A DNA stretch of 38,148 bases. Origin: a bacterium. Its GTDB lineage: Bacteria > Patescibacteriota > UBA1384 > CAJBMM01. The position numbers and the translations under genes were made by a program. This document shows, piece after piece, positions 1 through 7,754 of this stretch. The stretch lies in NCBI GenBank assembly GCA_027364665.1, contig DAHXOW010000044.1, positions 1-38,148 on the forward strand, written 5' to 3'. The notes below the pieces were generated by a model that was not told the DNA's origin, did not search any database, and saw only the letters and a program-made list of their open reading frames with translations. The number at the start of each line of letters is the position of its first letter. Position 1 is the stretch's first letter.

Positions 1-1
1 T

Positions 2-199
2 CACGTAAAAGCAGGTAATCAGCGCGACAAATTAGCCAATGTTTTTATTGCTATAATCTGTCTGGCCAATAATTATGACCTTGATTTAGACGTGATTATT
101 AAAGAAAGGCTGAGATGGATTTTGAGCATGACAGAATTGGCAGATCAGGATCCGGACAGAAGGGAGAATTTGAAAAATTCGCTGAGATACCAGCGGTGA
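2..199 (+). CDS. Partial CDS (5' end outside window), probable MazG-like nucleotide pyrophosphohydrolase family
   Basis: Open frame from base 2 to TGA at 197-199: HVKAGNQRDKLANVFIAIICLANNYDLDLDVIIKERLRW...LRYQR*. The segment KLANVFIAIICLANNYDLDL resembles the MazG/YpjD ELADVLFVLICLANxxxIDL helix, but the acidic residues are substituted. Confidence 0.45.
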   Translation, partial: HVKAGNQRDKLANVFIAIICLANNYDLDLDVIIKERLRWILSMTELADQDPDRRENLKNSLRYQR

Positions 200-496
200 A
201 AGAAGACGAGACATAAATCGGAAGTGATCTAATCGCGGTCACTTCCTTTATTTTTTACTATTTGTAATCAAAAATGATTCAAAACGAATCAAATGAAGTA
301 TTCTAGTATGATTTGTGACTATTCCTGATTTTTTTGATAAATTGAGCCGCAGCATTTTTGCCGATTATTAGATAATACGATATCAGTTTAGCTTTGGTTT
401 TATCGATGGTTGTTTCTTCCCGTCTATTACCGCTGTGAACTGAATCGACTAATTCCGGCTGATATCTTGCGACGAAGCTTCTAAAAGATTTGGAGG

Positions 497-540
497 CATA
501 TGTTGACATTCGTTTTACGATTTAATACGTTCAACATATG
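497..540 (+). promoter_or_regulatory. Sigma70 promoter of vapBC inside a 10-bp perfect inverted repeat (probable TA autoregulatory operator), leaderless
   Basis: TTGACA (503-508), 17 nt, TACGTT (526-531), 6 nt, ATG 538. CATATGTTGA (497-506) is the reverse complement of TCAACATATG (531-540). An inner palindrome TCGT-TTT-ACGA lies at 510-520. Confidence 0.8.
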
Positions 541-774
541 AATATAAGCACAGTATCATCAAAATATCAGATTGTCATCCCAAAAGAAATACGCCGAAAA
601 CTTAAAATAAAACCCGGCCAGCGAATGCGATTAAGGGAAACCAAATCAGGCGATATCATAGTTAATAGTACTTCCGAGATAGAAAAATCGTACGGCATTC
701 TTCGTGGTGTTTGGGGCAAAAACAGCGATAGTTACATTCAAAAGATGCGAGAAGACTGGGATGATCACACTTGA
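538..774 (+). CDS. vapB: AbrB/MazE/SpoVT-family DNA-binding antitoxin (VapB-like)
   Basis: STVSSKYQIVIPKEIRRKLKIKPGQRM is a typical AbrB swapped-hairpin motif; the C-terminus YIQKMREDW overlaps the start of the PIN gene. Confidence 0.9.
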   Translation: MNISTVSSKYQIVIPKEIRRKLKIKPGQRMRLRETKSGDIIVNSTSEIEKSYGILRGVWGKNSDSYIQKMREDWDDHT

Positions 775-1186
775 TAGCAATATATTTATCTATCATTTTG
801 ATGATAATCCCGAATTTGGTTTTCTTGCAAAAGAATTATTAAAATCAATCGAATCTGGTAAAATATCTGCGACAACGTCAGAATTAACGCTCACCGAAGT
901 TTTGGGATTCCCTGGACTAACAGACAAACAAGCAGGAATTATTAAAAGTGAGATGACCAAATCAGGGGTTAGGTTTATCAAAATCACTAGAGAAATTCTG
1001 CTGCTAGCTTCGACGTTACGGCGCAAGTACAACATGCGTACACCGGACGCGATTCATATAGCAACAGCGATCGAGACCAATGCACAATACTTTGTCAGTA
1101 GCGATCACAAATTATTACGATATAAAATACCTGGCGTTAAATTGCTCACTCTCACAAAAGTTGAGGAAATATACACTCGTTTTTAG
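761..1186 (+). CDS. vapC: PIN-domain ribonuclease toxin (VapC family)
   Basis: Start placed at ATG 761 (MITLDSNIFIY), overlapping the antitoxin by 14 nt. PIN acidic residues are present: LDSN, TLTEV, RTPDAIHIATA, SSD. Confidence 0.92.
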   Translation: MITLDSNIFIYHFDDNPEFGFLAKELLKSIESGKISATTSELTLTEVLGFPGLTDKQAGIIKSEMTKSGVRFIKITREILLLASTLRRKYNMRTPDAIHIATAIETNAQYFVSSDHKLLRYKIPGVKLLTLTKVEEIYTRF

Positions 1187-1641
1187 AACTGCATTAAAAT
1201 ACAGCCGATAAGCAATTAAAACCATTGTTTCATCAACAACTTAATCTTATCCAAAGCAAATAAACTGTGTATTAGATAATTTAATGTCTTGCCTTAGGGT
1301 CTTCTGAATTGATGCTAAAAGGTTGCAGCCGCCCTCTTATCCGTTAATCATTTGCTCTTTTCTTTAGGCCAGGAGAGATTTTCTGGCTTCAACTAAATGC
1401 TTGCGTTTGCTCATTCTATTTATGGATAATCTCTGGCTTTGTTAACCGAACATTACCCAACACTCCGGGAAGATTTTAAATTAGTTAACGTATTATCTTT
1501 TTGTATGATTTTTCGTTATCTGACTCTAGACCACCGTAAGTGTTTAAAATAGCGCTATAATGTTATTGTGTTTGAGAGAGTCCTTACTAAACCGTGGTTC
1601 TTTTGTTTTGAATCAGCTATTGTACCAGGTGATGGCATCAG

Positions 1642-2823
1642 ATGAGCAGTGAAAATAAAATAAAAATCGTCCAAATTATTGCCGATTCCAGTCTTTCCGG
1701 GGCACCGGCAACTGTTTTTAATTTTGCCAAATATGTAGATAAAGAGAGATTTGATTTTATTTGTGTCTGTCCTTTAGGTCCTTTGTCGGATAAGCTGCGG
1801 GAAATAGCCGGTATCCGAGTAATCGTTGATCAAATGAATTCCAAATGGAATCTTTTGGCTATCGGTCGTCTTCGTTCTTTGCTTAGAAAATTAGCTCCGG
1901 ATATTGTTGACTGCCAGGGTGTTAGAGCCGGTTGGCTGGGCAGATTGGCTGCCGTCGGCCTGTCGCCAAAACCGAAAGTGATTTACACCGAACATTTATG
2001 GACCAAAGAATATCATTTGAAAAATCCGTTTACTCAGCGAGTGCAACTGTCATTGTTAAAATTTCTGGATCTTTTTACAGATAAAACAATCGCCGTATCT
2101 CAGGCGGTTGCTGATTTTTTAACTGACAGTAAAATCACCACGAAAGATAAAGTTGTCGTCCTGTATTCAGGTTTACCGCTACCCGCTTGCAAACCGGTCA
2201 AAAAAGAATCGGGTCTTACTATCGGTTTTGTCGGCAGTTTAGTTGAAAGAAAAGGACTCGGAACTTTACTAAAAGCTTTACTGAAAGTGATCAAAGAATT
2301 GAATAATTCCGGCCTGAAATTAGTGATCGTCGGTGACGGGCCCGAAAGGAATAATCTGGAGTTGATGGCAAAGGAACTAAATATAAGCAAATATGTCCAA
2401 TTTACCGGTTCGAGCAATCAAGTTGACCGGTTGTATTCCTCGTTTGATCTCTATGTTCAACCGTCTCTAGACGAAGCTTTCGGTTTTGCCGTTCTGGAAG
2501 CAATGAGCCACGGTTTACCGGTTATCGCCTCTCACCTGGGTGGATTGGTTGAAATTTTAAAAGGCAGGCGAGATTTCGACGGAACCACGGAAATGACCGA
2601 ATGCGGGATTTTAGTCAGACCGGCTGATCCGGATGCTCTTGCCAAAGCAACGCTGCTTTGTTTAAAGGATGATGAACTGAGGCAAAAATTATCCAAAGCA
2701 GCAGTTAATCGCGCCTCGGATTTTGAGATTCACAAGACGATCAAAAAAAAGGAAGATTTCTATTCCGGATTCAAATTGGATTTTTCACAAAAACCTGCGA
2801 ATAAGACTATCAAACGATCATAA
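1642..2823 (+). CDS. Glycosyltransferase family 4 (GT-B fold)
   Basis: N-terminal SGA loop, IAVSQAV, FVGSLVERKG, IVGDGPER, and the EX7E motif DEAFGFAVLEAMSHGLPVIASHLGGLVEI. Confidence 0.93.
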   Translation: MSSENKIKIVQIIADSSLSGAPATVFNFAKYVDKERFDFICVCPLGPLSDKLREIAGIRVIVDQMNSKWNLLAIGRLRSLLRKLAPDIVDCQGVRAGWLGRLAAVGLSPKPKVIYTEHLWTKEYHLKNPFTQRVQLSLLKFLDLFTDKTIAVSQAVADFLTDSKITTKDKVVVLYSGLPLPACKPVKKESGLTIGFVGSLVERKGLGTLLKALLKVIKELNNSGLKLVIVGDGPERNNLELMAKELNISKYVQFTGSSNQVDRLYSSFDLYVQPSLDEAFGFAVLEAMSHGLPVIASHLGGLVEILKGRRDFDGTTEMTECGILVRPADPDALAKATLLCLKDDELRQKLSKAAVNRASDFEIHKTIKKKEDFYSGFKLDFSQKPANKTIKRS

Positions 2824-2906
2824 GTGCAAAATTTATCATCCTCGTTCCAACAATCCGTATTAGCTTGGGCGGAACAGTCAATGGCCTTATCTGTTGAAAT
2901 CAGTAT

Positions 2907-2941
2907 AAAAAAAGACTCCCCGGTTTCTAATCAAGGGAGTC
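2907..2941 (-). terminator. Rho-independent terminator for minus-strand transcription
   Basis: GACTCCC (2914-2920) / GGGAGTC (2935-2941) stem next to A7 at 2907-2913, which reads as a U7 tail on the minus strand. Confidence 0.7.
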
Positions 2942-2948
2942 AGGTTTA

Positions 2949-3012
2949 ATTCTACGAGGCTGATTGAGCGTGATACCGGCTTGCGGTATCTACGAAGCAA
3001 CCGAAGTAGAAT
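2949..3012 (-). other. 64-nt imperfect rod-like hairpin (candidate ncRNA or REP-like element)
   Basis: ATTCTAC (2949-2955)/GTAGAAT (3006-3012) outer stem and GATACCG (2972-2978)/CGGTATC (2984-2990) inner stem. The intermediate pairing is completed by a G-U pair only on the minus strand. Confidence 0.45.
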
Positions 3013-3176
3013 AATGTTTTAATCGGGATCGGTTTGGTTAAACGTTCTCCGTTTTTCTCAAGTGCTACAAAGTTTGTATCGAAGTTTACCGCCGGATCAA
3101 AATACGGCACATTAACTTCGAAATTATCTAACGCTTCGTCTCATTTAGAAGTCCTATTAATTACACTTCAGGATAA

Positions 3177-3509
3177 CTATTTTATTGAGATGCCGTATTT
3201 TCTGATCTCACTGGCAAAAGTACTCCACTTATCATTAAGATCGTTTGGGTGCAGCGGATGCGGTTCTATTTCATAGTTTTTTTGACGTAATCTCATTAGC
3301 CTCAGACGTTCTTCGAACGTATCTTTGCCGAAAATAGGAGAAATGATTGCCAGATCAATGTCGCTATCGGGCCTCGCCGTTCCTTTGGCCTGAGAACCGA
3401 ATATCAATGCCTGCTCGACCGGGATACCGCTTGCCTCAACCACTGCTAAATAATTCTTTGCCAGTTTAATTATTTCTGGATTTAATTCGTCAACTGTTTT
3501 CTTAGCCAT
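3177..3509 (-). CDS. Minimal nucleotidyltransferase (MNT, MntA-like antitoxin)
   Basis: LIFGSQAKGTARPDSDIDLAIIS matches the GSX10DXD motif; 110 aa; C-terminal IEPHP...EIRKYG is typical of HEPN-associated MNTs. Confidence 0.9.
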   Translation of the reverse strand: MAKKTVDELNPEIIKLAKNYLAVVEASGIPVEQALIFGSQAKGTARPDSDIDLAIISPIFGKDTFEERLRLMRLRQKNYEIEPHPLHPNDLNDKWSTFASEIRKYGISIK

Positions 3510-3639
3510 TGTCGCAATTCCTCGCTTATTTTAAACCACTCTTTGGCATATTTGTCGGATGCTTTTTTATGTGATATTTCCTTCATTTTCTAAGCTTTGC
3601 AGCCAATTATTGACCTTATTTTTTTTGTTCGGCTGTCAT
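3482..3639 (-). pseudogene. Decayed HEPN-domain toxin gene (frameshift plus internal deletion)
   Basis: ATG 3639 reads MTAEQKK* through an A8 run; with A7 it reads MTAEQKNKVNNWLQSLENE, like a HEPN N-terminal helix. Another frame (3586-3482) reads KKASDKYAKEWFKISEELRQWLRKQLTN*, like a HEPN C-terminal helix, and overlaps the MNT start. Confidence 0.65.
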
Positions 3640-3739
3640 AGTATAATCGTGGCATAAAATTGAAAATTGCCAAGATAAGCTTTATCCGACATGAATACCC
3701 TATAACGGGTTTGAGGTTAAAGCTTTTACCATCAGTTTA

Positions 3740-3748
3740 TGCTATACT
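3740..3748 (+). promoter_or_regulatory. Extended -10 promoter element of ddl
   Basis: TG-C-TATACT ending 9 nt before ATG 3758; no Shine-Dalgarno sequence. Confidence 0.6.
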
Positions 3749-3757
3749 GCAACCGAT

Positions 3758-4873
3758 ATGAAAAAAAATCTGGTAGTTGCTTTCGGCGGTCCTTCGGTTG
3801 AACATGACGTTTCGGTTGTCAGCGCCGTTCAGGCAATGCGTTATGTCGATCGTGACAAATACCGCCTGATCCCGATTTACTGGAACAAAGAGGGGCGTTT
3901 TGTTACCACCGACAAACTGAGCGATGCTTCTTTGCGCCAACCGACACTCTGGAAGGACGAAGTATCGTTTGATTACAAATCATTGTTGATATCTCCCGCC
4001 TCGGCTTTCTTTCGTCCTAAACGGTTAACCGTTGATTATGTTTTGCCAATATTCCATGGACACGGAGGCGAAGACGGGGCTTTTCAGGGTTTGATTCAGG
4101 TAATGGATGTCCCCTGCCTCGGTTCCGGGGTTAGTGCATCGGCGATTGGTATGGATAAATTGCTGTTTAAAAAAGTCATGAAATCTTCCGGACTGCCGGT
4201 TTTGCCTTTTCAAGTCGTTTCCGCCGGAGAAAAAATAGCCTCAGTCGACTTCCCTTTTCCGGTAATCGTTAAACCGGCGCACTTAGGCTCCAGTATCGGA
4301 GTAGCCAAAGCGGAGAATCTACCCCAAGTTAAATCTGCCCTAAAAACAGTCTTTGACTTGGATAATCTGGCGATTATCGAACCGTTTTTGGAGCCGATGA
4401 CCGAGATCAATTGTAGCGTAATCGGAGGTGGTGGTAAGGCTAGTCAAGCTTCTTTGTGTGAACAACCGATGCCACGCGACCAGATTCTGTCTTTTGCCGA
4501 CAAATATTTACGAGGCGGAAAAACAGCTAAAAATAAAACCTCCGGAATGGCCGGGGCCGATCGGCGAATCCCCGCCCCGATCAGTAAAAATTTGACCGAT
4601 ATGATTAACGAATTGGCCATTAAAGCCTTTGACAGTTGCCAATGCAGCGGAGTGGCCCGGGTTGACTTTATGGTGGATAAAAATCGACGCGTTTATATTA
4701 CCGAAATCAACACAATCCCCGGTTCATTGTCCTTCTATCTTTGGGAGGCAAGCGGTCTCAGTTACCGGGAATTGATTGACAGGCTGGTAGATATTGCCGG
4801 CTCGGAATATCGTCAGAATCAAACCTTACGCAGGGATTTTCCTTCGGAGATTCTCAATAAATTGGCTGCCTAG
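3758..4873 (+). CDS. ddl: D-alanine--D-alanine ligase
   Basis: FGGPSVEHDVSVVSA, FHGHGGEDGAFQG, MDK, VKPAHLGSSIGV, ARVDF, EINTIPG. Confidence 0.96.
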   Translation: MKKNLVVAFGGPSVEHDVSVVSAVQAMRYVDRDKYRLIPIYWNKEGRFVTTDKLSDASLRQPTLWKDEVSFDYKSLLISPASAFFRPKRLTVDYVLPIFHGHGGEDGAFQGLIQVMDVPCLGSGVSASAIGMDKLLFKKVMKSSGLPVLPFQVVSAGEKIASVDFPFPVIVKPAHLGSSIGVAKAENLPQVKSALKTVFDLDNLAIIEPFLEPMTEINCSVIGGGGKASQASLCEQPMPRDQILSFADKYLRGGKTAKNKTSGMAGADRRIPAPISKNLTDMINELAIKAFDSCQCSGVARVDFMVDKNRRVYITEINTIPGSLSFYLWEASGLSYRELIDRLVDIAGSEYRQNQTLRRDFPSEILNKLAA

Positions 4874-5026
4874 AACCGGTAAACTATCTAGCTATATCCG
4901 TTTTTAATTAGTCCCGCTAATTCGTTTGTCAATATTTCGGTGAGTGTGAATCCCCGAAATTAGCTTATTTCGGGGAATTCAAGCTAATGAATTAGAAGAT
5001 TCTCAATAAACTAGCTACTTAGAACC
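4848..5026. repeat. 30-bp imperfect direct repeat of the ddl 3' end (4848-4877 and 4997-5026) flanking a 119-bp spacer
   Basis: AGATTCTCAATAAATTGGCTGCCTAGAACC versus AGATTCTCAATAAACTAGCTACTTAGAACC; 26/30 identical, and all four differences are transitions. Confidence 0.85.
4951..4976. terminator. 10-bp perfect hairpin between convergent ddl and murF (possible terminator or small palindromic element)
   Basis: TCCCCGAAAT-TAGCTT-ATTTCGGGGA; no clear U-tract on either side. Confidence 0.45.
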
Positions 5027-6377
5027 AATAGGTATCCGGGAGCTCGTTTTGAATCAGAACCGTATCCCCGATCGCTAACCTACTTTTAAGTAAATTTGGG
5101 GTTTCTGATTGTCTAGACGATAAAACAATCTTTAATTTGGGGTTGTCGAGTCCTTTTTTAATGTATTTGGCTAATCTGGTATCGGCCAGAATAAGCAGAT
5201 CAACATTTTGGCCGATCAGTCGTCCGTATTCCCGGTTTGCTGATTGTTCGTTGGCACCCTGATCGACAATGCCACCGGTAACTAAAACACGTCTCCCCTT
5301 CTCTTTTCCAAGTTTTTCTACCGCTGCTCTGGCGGTTTCCGGACTGATGTTATAGCTGTCATCAATGACAACTATTCCGTTTGATTCGATTACCTCGGCT
5401 CGTCTGGTGTAAGCGGTCAGCTTTCTTAATCCTTCGGCTAACTGGTTTTTGCTTAACTCAAAATATTGACCGACCGCTGCCGCCCCAGCCGCATTTGTCT
5501 GTAAATAATCGGTTTGCAAGACTTTTGGCCAATGATCCTTCTTAAGCATTCGCTCGATCTCCTTCCTCTCGAAGGTCTGAAAATCGTTTTTCAACTTCGG
5601 GGCTATTCTTTTCGTACCCGGATTTTCTTTATTGATAAGGATTTTAGTCTTTTGAGGTAAGCTGTTTAGATAATCGATAAATTCTCGGTCGATATTATCC
5701 TGGCTGCCGAACGAATTAAGATGCTGTGAACCGATTGCCGTTAACACAACCGCGTCCGGTCTGATCAGCTTATGAAATTTTTGCAGGTCGTTTTTCAGAT
5801 ATTCTCCCAATTCGACGATCCAAAAATCGGTTTCCTGACTCAGGTTTTGACTATCTTCAGCCAGACTTAGTAAGGTGTTGTGGTTATCCTTTGGCGTATG
5901 GCAGTTAAATCCTTCGGATAAAATAATATTAGTAAACCATCTGGTGGTGGTTTTGCCAAAACTGCCGATAATGACCACGGTATGTAAATTAACCAGTTTT
6001 TTTATTTTTTCTTCTCCCTTATCAATAATCCTTTTTTTGCTGTAGCGGTCAAACGGCCAGATGATAATATTTGCTAACCAAACCAGTATTGGAATTGCCA
6101 ATGAGATGAGAAAAATCCAGAAGACAAATTCAAACCAGTTAACAATTAAAATTACCGGATAAAATAAGAAAATGACGTATAAAATAACTGCAATCCAAGT
6201 AATCATCATTGCTTTTTTAGTCCAAACGATCTGCCCGTTTTTCTGTAGTCCGCGGAGATAAAGGCGATCTTTGATCCAGCTCAAATAGGCCCGATTGTCA
6301 TATTCCTCCAATTGGAGGATATAAACAAAATCAACGAATGGAAAGAGTTTGTTAAACCAATTTAGGACAATATTCAT
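5019..6377 (-). CDS. murF: UDP-MurNAc-tripeptide--D-Ala-D-Ala ligase (MurF-type) with an N-terminal membrane segment
   Basis: P-loop IIGSFGKTTT, TPKDNHNT, IVELGEY, IDDSYNISP, LVTGGIVDQG, C-terminal QNELPDTY. Start placed at ATG 6377, in an ATGA overlap with the upstream hydrolase stop. Two hydrophobic stretches precede the ligase domain. Confidence 0.8.
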   Translation of the reverse strand: MNIVLNWFNKLFPFVDFVYILQLEEYDNRAYLSWIKDRLYLRGLQKNGQIVWTKKAMMITWIAVILYVIFLFYPVILIVNWFEFVFWIFLISLAIPILVWLANIIIWPFDRYSKKRIIDKGEEKIKKLVNLHTVVIIGSFGKTTTRWFTNIILSEGFNCHTPKDNHNTLLSLAEDSQNLSQETDFWIVELGEYLKNDLQKFHKLIRPDAVVLTAIGSQHLNSFGSQDNIDREFIDYLNSLPQKTKILINKENPGTKRIAPKLKNDFQTFERKEIERMLKKDHWPKVLQTDYLQTNAAGAAAVGQYFELSKNQLAEGLRKLTAYTRRAEVIESNGIVVIDDSYNISPETARAAVEKLGKEKGRRVLVTGGIVDQGANEQSANREYGRLIGQNVDLLILADTRLAKYIKKGLDNPKLKIVLSSRQSETPNLLKSRLAIGDTVLIQNELPDTYWF

Positions 6378-7075
6378 TTTATACCTATCCAGGATCTTAT
6401 AATTCCGCAAAATAATTCAGGGTTATCCAAATGAGCGAAATGGCTGCCGTTTGGAATAATCTTTAAAGTTGCCCCGCGAACCATTCTTAGTATTTCATTG
6501 CCAACGCTTATTGGTACAACCGAGTCGTCTTCTCCCCAGATCAATAAAGTCGGCTGCTTTATATCTATTAAATAGGGTCTTAAGTCAAAATTAATTGTAT
6601 TTTCAAAAACCGTAGTAAGCGGTCCAGCCTTTCTCCGGTCTTCAGAACGAAATTTGTCGGCAATTATCGGATAGAAAGGTATTTTATCTTTCGGTAAACC
6701 GCTTTTTTTTATTGCTTCGATCAAAGCCGATCTGAATTTTTGAGGCCAACTAAGCGGTTGTTTGATCGCAGGGGTCGCATATAGTATTAATTTGCTGACT
6801 TTAGGATTGTTTTTGGCTATGACAGTAGCGATTCTTCCGCCAAAAGAATGGCCGATTAAAACATATGATTCTAATTTATTTTTTTCTGAGAAGTCATTGA
6901 CCCATTTTGCATATTCGGTAATTCCCCAATTTTTATTGCTTAATTTTTCCTGTCCGAAACCGGGCAGATCTGGTGCCAGACACTGATATTGATTTTTCAA
7001 TCCGGTAATAATCCGATCCCAAGTGTGATGATCTTGTTGCCACCCGTGTAAAAAAACAAGCGCTGGCTTTTCCAT
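6374..7075 (-). CDS. Alpha/beta-fold hydrolase
   Basis: FLHGW, PDLPGFG, nucleophile motif GHSFGG, IWGEDDSVVP, GSHFAH (Ser-Asp-His triad). Confidence 0.93.
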   Translation of the reverse strand: MEKPALVFLHGWQQDHHTWDRIITGLKNQYQCLAPDLPGFGQEKLSNKNWGITEYAKWVNDFSEKNKLESYVLIGHSFGGRIATVIAKNNPKVSKLILYATPAIKQPLSWPQKFRSALIEAIKKSGLPKDKIPFYPIIADKFRSEDRRKAGPLTTVFENTINFDLRPYLIDIKQPTLLIWGEDDSVVPISVGNEILRMVRGATLKIIPNGSHFAHLDNPELFCGIIRSWIGIK

Positions 7076-7081
7076 GAGCTT

Positions 7082-7087
7082 AGTTTA
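7082..7087 (-). promoter_or_regulatory. -10 element, candidate leaderless start of hydrolase-murF
   Basis: TAAACT exactly 6 nt upstream of ATG 7075; no SD. Confidence 0.5.
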
Positions 7088-7097
7088 ACCGCTTCAC

Positions 7098-7754
7098 CTA
7101 GTGGTAGTCAATTATCGAATTTTCTTTTTCTACCGAATCGGCTACTAAATGATTATTAATTCGATGCGCAACGATATCTATTCCGTCTCCCCTATCAAAA
7201 TGTCTATTCCCAAGAAATTTTGTTTGTTTATTCCAATAAATCGTGCTGTTATGATGGTTGTTTTCAGCAATTTGCCAATCATCTTTGGCTGAGTTGGTTG
7301 ATATAACTGTTCCGTCTATCCAAATCTCATCAGTTGATTGTTTGAGAAATCGGTCGGTTAGACCGGTATCGCTCACAATAACTGAAATCATAATCGTGAC
7401 AAGGATTAGCCCGGCAATAATTAAGGCACGATTGTAGCGATAAATAAATTCGAAGCGTCTTAGTAATAAATAGCCGCCGCCAAGCCCAACAACGGCGACT
7501 ACCAGGGCTAACCAGGGTAAATGAAGCAAGACATATGACCAGCCAAACCGGTCAATCCAAAGATCGCGTAACGGTTGTTGCAAACGAAAATCGCTGACTA
7601 TAAAACCGATGAAAAAAACACTCAAAAGAGCGGTTCCGAGTAATCCTATTCCGATTAAAATAGCCATTGCGATAAAAAAACCGTATGGGCGCATGGAAAT
7701 TTTTTGCTCATGAATTTGCTTCATTACTTTTTTACTTAAATCAGCTTGACTCAT
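7098..7754 (-). CDS. Membrane protein (about 3 TM plus a C-terminal beta-rich domain), putative anti-sigma factor
   Basis: Translationally coupled (ATGA) to the ECF sigma gene. It has a short N-terminal helix DLSKKVMKQI, three hydrophobic segments and a soluble C-terminal domain (GTVIST...GDGIDIVA). Confidence 0.6.
   Translation of the reverse strand: MSQADLSKKVMKQIHEQKISMRPYGFFIAMAILIGIGLLGTALLSVFFIGFIVSDFRLQQPLRDLWIDRFGWSYVLLHLPWLALVVAVVGLGGGYLLLRRFEFIYRYNRALIIAGLILVTIMISVIVSDTGLTDRFLKQSTDEIWIDGTVISTNSAKDDWQIAENNHHNSTIYWNKQTKFLGNRHFDRGDGIDIVAHRINNHLVADSVEKENSIIDYH

Noticed and set aside
303..509. 68-aa minus-strand ORF
   Set aside because: No recognisable motif or SD, and its start lies inside the vapBC -35 box. 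It could be a remnant but is not supportable as a gene.
704..760. Longer GTG start for the PIN toxin
   Set aside because: It lies inside the antitoxin gene; the PIN motif begins at ATG 761.
1364..1414. Peptide ending ...SLLA* suggesting a tmRNA tag
   Set aside because: No tRNA-like GGGG 5' end or T-arm/CCA 3' end was found nearby.
2988..3012. TTCTACT...GTAGAT resembling a Cas12a repeat stem
   Set aside because: Single copy, oversized loop, no spacers and no cas genes.
3034..3276. 80-aa plus-strand ORF
   Set aside because: Partly antisense to the MNT gene, no motif, TTG start without SD.
6378..6410. Extended N-terminus for murF
   Set aside because: It overlaps the hydrolase coding region; the ATGA-coupled ATG at 6377 is more plausible.
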